Assembly: GCA_002440965.1 (NCBI GenBank)
Contig: DJWJ01000038.1
Span: forward strand, 1-59,407
Length of the DNA stretch: 59,407 nucleotides
Direction: 5' to 3'
Source of the DNA: Candidatus Omnitrophica bacterium UBA6233
GTDB lineage: Bacteria > Omnitrophota > Gorgyraeia > Gygaellales > Profunditerraquicolaceae
Translations under genes and position numbers: made by a program
The notes under the pieces: generated by a model
Seen by the model: the letters and a program-made list of their open reading frames with translations, nothing else
Database searches by the model: none
Told to the model about the DNA's origin: nothing
Part shown: one piece after another, positions 28,623-36,530 of the stretch
Numbering within the stretch: position 1 is the first letter of the stretch
How the letters are laid out: the number at the start of each line of letters is the position of its first letter

Positions 28623-30233
28623 TTAGCGTTTAGTTTCGAAACTATTCAAATAAGTACTCATACTCTGCTGCCGGGCCAAAGGAACGATTTTAGCCTGTTC
28701 CCGTAAAGGAAGAACCGCATTTTTACCCGGAACAGAAGGGGCCTTATCGCTTTTCACAATATGCGGGGTAATAAAAACCAAAAGTTCTCTTTCTTGTCCC
28801 GGGCTTTGGCTCTTATGCCTGAATAAAGCTCCTAAAAAAGGTATATCCCCTAAAAAAGGAAGTTTAGTGATAACCGTGCTATTCTGGTTCCGGATTAAAC
28901 CGCCTAAAACTACGGTTTCGCCGTCTTTTACGCGCACAGTAGTCTTGGTGCTGCGCACCTCCGGATTAAGAAACGTATATGTCGAGCCACCGCTGTTAAA
29001 AGTAGAGCTGGTAGTCGAGGCTTCGGAGACCTGCGGATAAACAAACATCAGAATTTCTCCTGCCTCAAGATCAATCTGGGGGGTTACTCTTAGCGAGACG
29101 CCGGTTTCATAACGCTCAGGGGTTGCGGTTATCGCACCTGTAGTAGTCTGGCTTGTCGAAGTAACACCTATAGCCTCATCAGTAACGATTTTCACTTCAG
29201 CAGTTTCATTATTCAAAGTCAGTATTTTCGGCCGCGCCAGGAATTTTGTATCAGTTTGCACCCTTAAGAAATCCAGCTGCATATTATAAATACTGGTCCC
29301 GTTATTCCCGTTACTGACATCTATCGACCCAGAGGTAAGAGTTTTGGCAACGCTTCTAAACGAATACATCGAAGGGCTAAAAGGATACTCGGTGCTAATA
29401 GTAGCTCCTTTTATGGCTATACTGAACGGCGTTTGCCCGAACTTAAAACCGATTTGATCGACATTTTTCTTGCTTACATCCAGAATTTCAACCTCAAGCA
29501 TAACCTCCGGGACAGAAACATCCAGCGAGGCAATAACTTGAGTTACTACTTCCATCTTGCTGGGTATATCCGTAACTATAAGGCTATTAGTCCGGTAATC
29601 CTCCACTACTGAACCATCCTTGGTTAAAATTTTCTTTATCGCCTGAGTGATGCCGCTTTCCTCTTCAACTTTCCATTTGCCGGTATCGGAAGTGGAACTC
29701 GAAGACGAACCCGAGGAACTAGAAGACGAACCCGAGGAACTAGAAGAACCAGAGGAACCGGAGGAACCAGAGGAATTGGAGAAACTACTGCTTGTCCCGC
29801 TTAAATTATTCTTCATTTCCTCTTTTAATGAAGAGGAAGAAACCGTAGCGTGTTTTAAGTAAAAAACCTTCGTTACTGTCTTGACTGCGGGTTTCCCCCA
29901 GTCATTGACGATAAAAACGCTGGCTTCTTTATCCAAGTCATAAGTAAGATTGTTGGCTTTGAATATTTTATCCATCGCCTCTTTTAAAGGCACCTTATCC
30001 ATATAAAGGGTTATCTTCCTGTCCTCAAGCGCCTCGGAAGCTACAAAGTTCAACCCGGACTGGATCGAAAGAAGCTTCAGCACGTCCTTCAGAGAAGCAT
30101 CTTGTAAATCCATGGAGATAAAAACATCTCCCTCAGACAGCGGAGCCGATGCTCCGTAAACATATAACCCGGGAGAAAAAATAATATTAAAGAAAAAGAA
30201 TATGGAAACTAATAATCGAGAAATACTTTTCAT
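28623..30233 (-). CDS. Secretin (PilQ/GspD-type) with Ser-rich loop
   Basis: ISMDLQDASLKDVL, DYRTNSLIVTD, RPKILTLNNETA, VKDGETVVLGGL, PFLGDIPFLGALF. Confidence 0.93.
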   Translation of the reverse strand: MKSISRLLVSIFFFFNIIFSPGLYVYGASAPLSEGDVFISMDLQDASLKDVLKLLSIQSGLNFVASEALEDRKITLYMDKVPLKEAMDKIFKANNLTYDLDKEASVFIVNDWGKPAVKTVTKVFYLKHATVSSSSLKEEMKNNLSGTSSSFSNSSGSSGSSGSSSSSGSSSSSSGSSSSSTSDTGKWKVEEESGITQAIKKILTKDGSVVEDYRTNSLIVTDIPSKMEVVTQVIASLDVSVPEVMLEVEILDVSKKNVDQIGFKFGQTPFSIAIKGATISTEYPFSPSMYSFRSVAKTLTSGSIDVSNGNNGTSIYNMQLDFLRVQTDTKFLARPKILTLNNETAEVKIVTDEAIGVTSTSQTTTGAITATPERYETGVSLRVTPQIDLEAGEILMFVYPQVSEASTTSSTFNSGGSTYTFLNPEVRSTKTTVRVKDGETVVLGGLIRNQNSTVITKLPFLGDIPFLGALFRHKSQSPGQERELLVFITPHIVKSDKAPSVPGKNAVLPLREQAKIVPLARQQSMSTYLNSFETKR

Positions 30234-30243
30234 GGTTCCTCCT

Positions 30244-30828
30244 TTATATTTTAGCTTTATGCTGCAGACCCGTTAGAGCCGGAGAAGACAATTTATATTC
30301 CATATTGGAAAAAATAACGGTTACACCTTCTTTACTTATTTCCGCAACTTTTACTTCTCCTATCATATCCCCTGTTTTTACCACTTTGTTATTTATAATA
30401 GCTTGAGGGAAAGCTCCTCCCCAAAGCAGTCCTTGCACTTTCATCTCAGGCAATGGCCTGGTTTCTTTTGGGATTTCTTTCTGCATATTCTTCTTGACGC
30501 CCCCTTCGCTTTCTTTTGTTACCAAAGGCTTAAAAGGATCTCTTAACCCTTGGCTAGAATATACTATTGTCGGACGAACAATCTCTTCATTCTTATTGCT
30601 ATTTTCAGGAATCGAACCTTTCTTGACCGCTTCATCCGCTTCAAGCGTTTTTGGCGGAACAAAATCAAATTTCGACTCGGCGAATGATTCCGAAGAAAAA
30701 ACGCCCGTCAAAAATACGCCCAGCCCGAAAACCAACTTAAGGCTGCCCCGAAACAAAATCCGAACCCTGCCGGTGAAAACTCGGCTCTTAAACAGCGAAC
30801 TAATCATTACAATAAAGGCCTTTTGCAT
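30244..30828 (-). CDS. PilP-like protein (start uncertain)
   Basis: LRDPFKP motif, AIINNKVVKTGD; lies between pilO and the secretin. Confidence 0.7.
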   Translation of the reverse strand: MQKAFIVMISSLFKSRVFTGRVRILFRGSLKLVFGLGVFLTGVFSSESFAESKFDFVPPKTLEADEAVKKGSIPENSNKNEEIVRPTIVYSSQGLRDPFKPLVTKESEGGVKKNMQKEIPKETRPLPEMKVQGLLWGGAFPQAIINNKVVKTGDMIGEVKVAEISKEGVTVIFSNMEYKLSSPALTGLQHKAKI

Positions 30829-30833
30829 TTTTG

Positions 30834-31352
30834 TTATTTGACTTTCGCGGTAATCGAGCTCATCCGCAAGTTAACGGTCAATTTACTGGTATCCTGGACA
30901 TCCTTCCTGTTTATATCCATGCCATCAATCATGTAAAAACTGCGGGAAGTTTCCAGCGCATTAATGAATTTAGCCAAATCGTCGTAATTCGAGGCGTTAA
31001 CGCTAACGCTAAAACTATTCTTAAGATAATCGCCCCTTATTTCTCCCTGCAAAGGCTTGACAGACAAAACTTCCACCTTTGAAATTTTGGCGATACCAAC
31101 AATGTCATTCATAACCGCGCCCGCTTCCTTGCCGGGAAACAATTTCTTATAAGCAGTTATCTTTTTCTCCATCCCGCCTATTTTTTCCAACTCAAGGTTT
31201 TTCTTTTCCTCTTCGCCTATCTTGGTTTTTAGAGTTGTTCCGGCAACAAGATTAGCATTGTAAATATTATGAGCTATGATCAAGGCCGCGATGATTATAG
31301 CTATGTTTACAATCAAATTCTTATACCTGTCAACCTGCTCTATTTTAATCAT
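30834..31352 (-). CDS. pilO: PilO/GspM-like protein
   Basis: N-terminal TM, coiled coil, YDDLAKFINALE. Confidence 0.8.
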   Translation of the reverse strand: MIKIEQVDRYKNLIVNIAIIIAALIIAHNIYNANLVAGTTLKTKIGEEEKKNLELEKIGGMEKKITAYKKLFPGKEAGAVMNDIVGIAKISKVEVLSVKPLQGEIRGDYLKNSFSVSVNASNYDDLAKFINALETSRSFYMIDGMDINRKDVQDTSKLTVNLRMSSITAKVK

Positions 31353-31353
31353 C

Positions 31354-32901
31354 TCACTTTGCCTCTTTATTAGCTTTGCAAGATATCAAGAATGTAGTGA
31401 CCATTGCCCGGTCAAACTGGGTATGATCGATAAAAACTATATTTATATCTTTGAAATATTTGGCGAACTCCCGACTTTCTTTTAAACCGTTATAAAAATC
31501 ATTTACCGCTTGATATTCGTCATTGCTGTCGCCCAAATAACTCATACCCTCCAACACCAGTTCAACCAATTTATCTTTTTTTTCCATGGCAAATTTCGTA
31601 AGCCATATTCCTTTGGGGATTATCCGGGGAATAACCCCTAGGACTTCCGTGACATATAACTGTTTCCTGACAAGGTAATCAAAACTATCCAATGTTTCCT
31701 TATGCTTCAGGACAATGCCGGTAAGTTCTTCATAATTTGATTCGGGATTAACCCTGGCAACAGCCACTCTTTTGCCAATTACAGAGTTTAAGGCCTGATT
31801 TAACGAATGAGACCGAAAGATTCCATAGGAAAAAGCTCCAAGGCAAATTAAAACAGCAACGGTAATCACGCGAAAATCAAATCTGACATCCTTAATCAAA
31901 GACACCAAATCCAGGCTGGCATCGGTTTTTAACCTAGCATCCTTCTTCCAACTTTCAATCAAATTAAGCCGTATTTTTGTAGGAAGAGCCCTGGAGATTG
32001 CTGCGCCGTAGCTCTTGACAAAACCGGAAGAAAATACCATAGGTTTGCTGAGTATTTTGGAAATATCGATAAACTTACCGGATAAACCCAGATCATTTAT
32101 AAAAGCTTCCAGGTCTTTCCACCAGTCAAAACCGGAAATCACGAACATATTTTTCAAAGGCTTGGCAGGAAATTTAGAGTGGTAATAATCCAAAGATACC
32201 CGCACTTCCGCTTTAAGCTTATCTAATGATAACGGCGCGGAAACAGTGGAAAAATCCAAATCATTCGGGACAACGCTGGACAAGTTTATGTCGCGGCTAA
32301 ACAACGGAAAACCGTTGTCTAAAACGGTAAAGTTAATTTCGTTCTGGGCATTGGAATCAAAACAGAGTATTCCTGTTATTCCGCCATCCTTGACTCCGGA
32401 CAGTCTCAATATCCTTGAAATGCTGAATCCGGAATACTCAATCGAACTTACTTTTATATGCAACTGGTTAAGAATAGAGAAGTATTTATCGTAAGCATCT
32501 TTTTTGATACCGATAAACAAAACTGTATTTATACGGCTCAGTTTATCCAGTTCGACCTGATAACTCGAAATAAGCTCCTCTACCTTAAAAGGTATGTATT
32601 TTTTGGCTTCGAAGATTATAGCGCTCTGTAATTCTTTTTTAGGCAGAACCGGAATCTCGAAAGTCCTGATAATCAAATCTCTGCCCGAAAGACAAAGGCA
32701 AGCCTCCTTAGCTTCAATTCTATGCCTCCTGAAGGCGTCATTAAAGGAAGCGACTAGCTTAATTTCGGTAGGTATCTTTTCTTCCAACTCATTGCCGGCT
32801 ACTCCCAAAAGGGGAATCTGCAGGTTATTCAACAGCTTCTTCCCTTTGACTTCAGCAACATCAATTAAATCGGAACCGAAATATATACCTAACTCACTCA
32901 T
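31354..32901 (-). CDS. PilM-PilN fusion (GspL-like architecture)
   Basis: Actin-like N-terminus (EAKKYIPF, VRVSLDYY), TM at ~345-362, PilN-like C-terminus (IPKGIWLT..LVLEG). Confidence 0.75.
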   Translation of the reverse strand: MSELGIYFGSDLIDVAEVKGKKLLNNLQIPLLGVAGNELEEKIPTEIKLVASFNDAFRRHRIEAKEACLCLSGRDLIIRTFEIPVLPKKELQSAIIFEAKKYIPFKVEELISSYQVELDKLSRINTVLFIGIKKDAYDKYFSILNQLHIKVSSIEYSGFSISRILRLSGVKDGGITGILCFDSNAQNEINFTVLDNGFPLFSRDINLSSVVPNDLDFSTVSAPLSLDKLKAEVRVSLDYYHSKFPAKPLKNMFVISGFDWWKDLEAFINDLGLSGKFIDISKILSKPMVFSSGFVKSYGAAISRALPTKIRLNLIESWKKDARLKTDASLDLVSLIKDVRFDFRVITVAVLICLGAFSYGIFRSHSLNQALNSVIGKRVAVARVNPESNYEELTGIVLKHKETLDSFDYLVRKQLYVTEVLGVIPRIIPKGIWLTKFAMEKKDKLVELVLEGMSYLGDSNDEYQAVNDFYNGLKESREFAKYFKDINIVFIDHTQFDRAMVTTFLISCKANKEAK

Positions 32902-33125
32902 TGATCTGCTCCCGCTTTAGACACGCCCGGCTGCTTCCCGTTGGCCGGAGACATAGATTGACGCTTGCTGCTTTGAAGCCAGCTATCTACATCCTTGCGG
33001 TCAAATCTCCAGACTCCTCCTACTTTAATACCGGAAATCTTTCTCTGGCTCAACCAATTATAGATGGTCTGCTTCTTTAACTTCAAGTAATCCGCCAACT
33101 CATCGATATCTATAAGTCTATTCAT
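32898..33125 (-). CDS. Excisionase/BldC-like HTH_17 DNA-binding protein
   Basis: LIDIDELADYLKLKKQTIYNW...ISGIKVGGVWRF; overlaps the pilM start. Confidence 0.9.
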   Translation of the reverse strand: MNRLIDIDELADYLKLKKQTIYNWLSQRKISGIKVGGVWRFDRKDVDSWLQSSKRQSMSPANGKQPGVSKAGADQ

Positions 33126-33163
33126 TTTTATTCCTTATTCTATAATAACCAATAAGGAACTTA

Positions 33164-33192
33164 ATTAAAACATAAGATGCTTATATTGTCAA
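33164..33192 (-). promoter_or_regulatory. Promoter of the HTH-pilMNOPQ-pilB-pilC operon
   Basis: TTGACA-N17-TTTAAT; spacer contains inverted repeat ATAAG-N3-CTTAT. Confidence 0.75.
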
Positions 33193-33229
33193 GTGTTTTT
33201 TTTCTTATACTTACTTATACTTACCGCTA

Positions 33230-33280
33230 GTAATAAAGAAGAGGAGACGAGCCACTTTCTCGTCCCCTCTTCTTTATTAC
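33230..33280 (-). terminator. Long hairpin, probable intrinsic terminator
   Basis: 22-bp stem GTAATAAAGAAGAGGAGACGAG / CTCGTCCCCTCTTCTTTATTAC (one mismatch), 7-nt loop, downstream of the pilX-like gene. Confidence 0.75.
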
Positions 33281-33327
33281 TTATTTTATTATAGACTTAC
33301 CGGAATTTACTCATTAAAGCAGGAACT

Positions 33328-33750
33328 TTACGGAGTATAAGTGTAATCAACCTTTATCTTGAGCTGAGTTACCTTACCGCTTAAGCTGGAACTATCAGGA
33401 GCATTATTCAGGGGAAAAATAGTAACTTGGACTTTATATGGGATGTCCACATCATCACTTATAGGAAAATCGTTATTTACGCTATCTATACAACCTTTAT
33501 TCTGAAAACAGGCGTATTTATTGTTAGCCGCATCAATAGTCCAAGTTCCTTTTCTTAGCATATCCTGGGCATAATTCATTATGCCCTTAGCCGCATAATA
33601 AGCCCTGATTCTGCTTGTGTTATGGTGGCTCAATCTATACTGATTGGTTATTATACCCAAGATAACACCTGCTAAAACAGCCACCACCAAAATAGTTGCC
33701 AAAACGATAAGCAATACTACGCCTTTGCGAGTATCTTTAGAATCAGGCAT
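33328..33750 (-). CDS. PilX/GspK-like minor pilin
   Basis: RKG^VVLLIVLATILVVAVLAG (no E5), RAYYAA. Confidence 0.75.
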   Translation of the reverse strand: MPDSKDTRKGVVLLIVLATILVVAVLAGVILGIITNQYRLSHHNTSRIRAYYAAKGIMNYAQDMLRKGTWTIDAANNKYACFQNKGCIDSVNNDFPISDDVDIPYKVQVTIFPLNNAPDSSSLSGKVTQLKIKVDYTYTP

Positions 33751-33949
33751 CTTTTCTTAAAGATATCCTATAATCGCTACCGGCTTGCTGCAGAAGCACA
33801 TGACCCTCTCTGGCAAGCCAACCAAGGCTCATAAGGACATTGTCCCGGTTCTTATCTATACCCTTAACCAATTCAGTCAAGGTAACTTCGTGGCGCTGAT
33901 CCAAAAAATGCCATATATCTCCGGCAACTATACCGATTTCTGTAATCAT
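33743..33949 (-). CDS. Small winged-helix protein (DUF2582-like)
   Basis: IGIVAGDIWHFL...MSLGWLAREG. Confidence 0.75.
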   Translation of the reverse strand: MITEIGIVAGDIWHFLDQRHEVTLTELVKGIDKNRDNVLMSLGWLAREGHVLLQQAGSDYRISLRKDA

Positions 33950-33967
33950 TTTCCCCTCCAGAAATTC

Positions 33968-33995
33968 ATTTTATAATAACTGTAGTCCCTGTCAA
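33968..33995 (-). promoter_or_regulatory. Putative sigma70 promoter
   Basis: TTGACA-N16-TAAAAT. Confidence 0.55.
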
Positions 33996-34087
33996 CTATT
34001 ATTTACCTATCTATTCTTTGTCCCGCCTCACAACACACAACCAGTTCGCGCAACTAAAATATAATGTACCTATGGAAAATTACAGAA

Positions 34088-36517
34088 TTACTTATCCAGC
34101 GCCTTAAGCTGATTAATCCGTTCTTCGGCGTATTTGGATTCAGGCAAATCCATATTAGATATTCTTGCGTAAGCCTTTATGGCTTCCTGATAATTACCTC
34201 TGTCTTCATAAGCTCTACCCAATCTGAAAAGAGCCGTAATAGTAACCCTATCGCTTGCATTCGACAACTTAGTTACCTCTACATACTCTTTCATGGCATC
34301 ATCAAAATTACCTCTGGCTTCTTCAATCTCGGCTATCTTAAGGTGCAACCCCGGCTGGTCTTTGGAGAGCGCTCCATTCAGGCTGTTGTGGTAACAATCC
34401 AAAGCGTTACTATAATCTCCGGTTTTAAAAAACAGCTCTGCCAAAGCAACGGATGCTTTTGACTTGATATCCGCTTTATTAGAACTAACGGCTTTTCTAA
34501 AACAATCCAGCGCTTCTTTATTTTTTGCCCCATCTATATAAGCAAGACCTAAAGCGTAATAGGCATCTGGCAATAAGCCGCTTTTGGGAAAATCCTGTAT
34601 AAGAGAAAGAAAATAGCGGGCTGCCAAATCAAATTCTTTATGCTGGTAATAGTAAATCCCTAACCACCATATGATATCGGGAGTAAAGCTGGAATCGGGG
34701 TATTTTGAACGCAGGGCTTTGAACTTCGCCAGCGCTTCTTCATTCTTACCCATTTGATACAAGGAATCCGCCTGCCCATATTCGGCTTTCTGAATCAACT
34801 CAATATCACCCGCTCCCAATCTGGAAACTTCTTTGAATGCCTGAGCAGCCGAAACATAATCTCTCAAATTATAGAAGCTGTTCCCTAAGAGATACAGAGC
34901 TTTAGGCCTTATTTCGCTACCGCTAAAATCATCCCGAAACCTTTTAAGAGCAATCTTGACCGAATTATAATCCTGCTTACTGAAATAAGCCAAACCGAGC
35001 GTATAAACAGCATCATCAAGAAAATTGGAAGAAGGGAATTCTTTTTCCAGCGTCTTGAGGCTTGAAATCGCCTCTTCAATCTTGGCGTCTTTCAAATAAA
35101 CCGAACCTAGCTGGCATAAAACATAATCGCTGCAGGAAGAATCCGGATATCTCTCCAAGAAAAGATTATATGTTTCTTGCGCCTTCCCATAGTTTCCTTC
35201 CTCCTGATACGCATCTCCTATCTGGCAAAGGGCGTTAATTTTAAACGCATCATCGCAACCCGAATCAACAACCTTCCTGAATTCTTCCACGGCTTCCATA
35301 GCTTTGCCTTCATTCAACAATGATTTACCCAAGCTATAATATAATTTATCCACAACCTGTCCTATGCTCTTATCTTTCGGGTTGATTCTAGCCAAAGCCT
35401 GGCGATAGGATTTTGAAGCCTCGGAATAATCCGCTAAACTGTACGCAGCATCAGCTTTGCCCATCAGCCCCTGGAGGATAATCAAAGGGTCTCCTGCCAA
35501 ACCCAACAATTCTTCATATGATCTCTTGGCCTGATTTATACGATTGGTTTCCATCAATAACATAGCTTTCCCCAACAAAAAGATTTCCCGGTTTCGCCTA
35601 TCCAGATTCTCCTGTTTTATCCCCGAAAAAATATCTTCGGCATCTCTATACCGTTTTAATTTAAGATACGCCCAACCTAAATCAAGCTTAGCCAAAGCAT
35701 TTAGTTTATCATCCGGATTACCGGACAAAACCTTGGAATATGCTTCTACCGAACCGATAAAATTCCCCAGATAATAGTTAGCCTCGCCTAAATAAAAATA
35801 AAGATAGGACACTTTAAGGGTATCTTTGGAAAACTCTTTGATCGCCAGGTCAATTTTATCGATTAAAGAAGAATACTCCTTCAAGTTATATAGACATTCT
35901 ATAATTTTAAGCGCGGCATCTTTACTTTGAGGCTCGCTGGGGTATTTCTTGTTCAGGACAGTAAAAAAATGCAACGCTTCCTTAAATCTCTGCTCTTGGA
36001 ACAAGCACCATCCCAAAGAATAATACGCGATTGGCGCATAAGAAGAAACGGGAAATTCTTTTATAATCTTGTCATAATAAGAAATTGCCTCGGGATAATC
36101 GTTTTTCTTAAAATTGACTTCGGCAATCCAGTAATAAAGGCTGTCTTTTACGGATTTGGCTGCGGGGTTCTCCAATAGTTCATTAAATTTGGCCAAGGCA
36201 AGGGCTAGTTTATCCTGATGAAAATAGCATTCGCCAATCAACAGATTCACTTCAATTCTCCGGGGAGAATCCGGATAATTCTTTAAAAAGCGCCCTAACA
36301 ACCCAAGGCTTACTTCATAATAACCATCCTCATAGGCTTTTTGGGCCATAAAAATAGTCTCTTCCTCTTTGGCTGATTCACCAGCGTAAGATAAATGACA
36401 AATACCAAAATTCAAAGCACAAAATAATGACAAAGCATAAAACACAAAAGACAAAACTTTAATTTTGATATTTGACATTTGGACTTTGGATTTATTTTGA
36501 ATTTTGAATTTTGTCAT
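34088..36517 (-). CDS. Multi-TPR protein with repeat-derived signal-like leader
   Basis: Numerous TPR units (AYYSLGWCLFQ, ALYLLGNSFYN, YP.S motifs); leader 35/47 identical to the amrB leader. Confidence 0.9.
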   Translation of the reverse strand: MTKFKIQNKSKVQMSNIKIKVLSFVFYALSLFCALNFGICHLSYAGESAKEEETIFMAQKAYEDGYYEVSLGLLGRFLKNYPDSPRRIEVNLLIGECYFHQDKLALALAKFNELLENPAAKSVKDSLYYWIAEVNFKKNDYPEAISYYDKIIKEFPVSSYAPIAYYSLGWCLFQEQRFKEALHFFTVLNKKYPSEPQSKDAALKIIECLYNLKEYSSLIDKIDLAIKEFSKDTLKVSYLYFYLGEANYYLGNFIGSVEAYSKVLSGNPDDKLNALAKLDLGWAYLKLKRYRDAEDIFSGIKQENLDRRNREIFLLGKAMLLMETNRINQAKRSYEELLGLAGDPLIILQGLMGKADAAYSLADYSEASKSYRQALARINPKDKSIGQVVDKLYYSLGKSLLNEGKAMEAVEEFRKVVDSGCDDAFKINALCQIGDAYQEEGNYGKAQETYNLFLERYPDSSCSDYVLCQLGSVYLKDAKIEEAISSLKTLEKEFPSSNFLDDAVYTLGLAYFSKQDYNSVKIALKRFRDDFSGSEIRPKALYLLGNSFYNLRDYVSAAQAFKEVSRLGAGDIELIQKAEYGQADSLYQMGKNEEALAKFKALRSKYPDSSFTPDIIWWLGIYYYQHKEFDLAARYFLSLIQDFPKSGLLPDAYYALGLAYIDGAKNKEALDCFRKAVSSNKADIKSKASVALAELFFKTGDYSNALDCYHNSLNGALSKDQPGLHLKIAEIEEARGNFDDAMKEYVEVTKLSNASDRVTITALFRLGRAYEDRGNYQEAIKAYARISNMDLPESKYAEERINQLKALDK

Positions 36518-36526
36518 TTGTCATTA
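36393..36526. repeat. Family-1 palindrome, copy C (coding; forms the TPR leader)
   Basis: AAATGACAAATACCAAAA...TTTTGTCATTTGTCATTA; 4 bp from the uvrA stop. Confidence 0.9.
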
Positions 36527-36530
36527 AATC

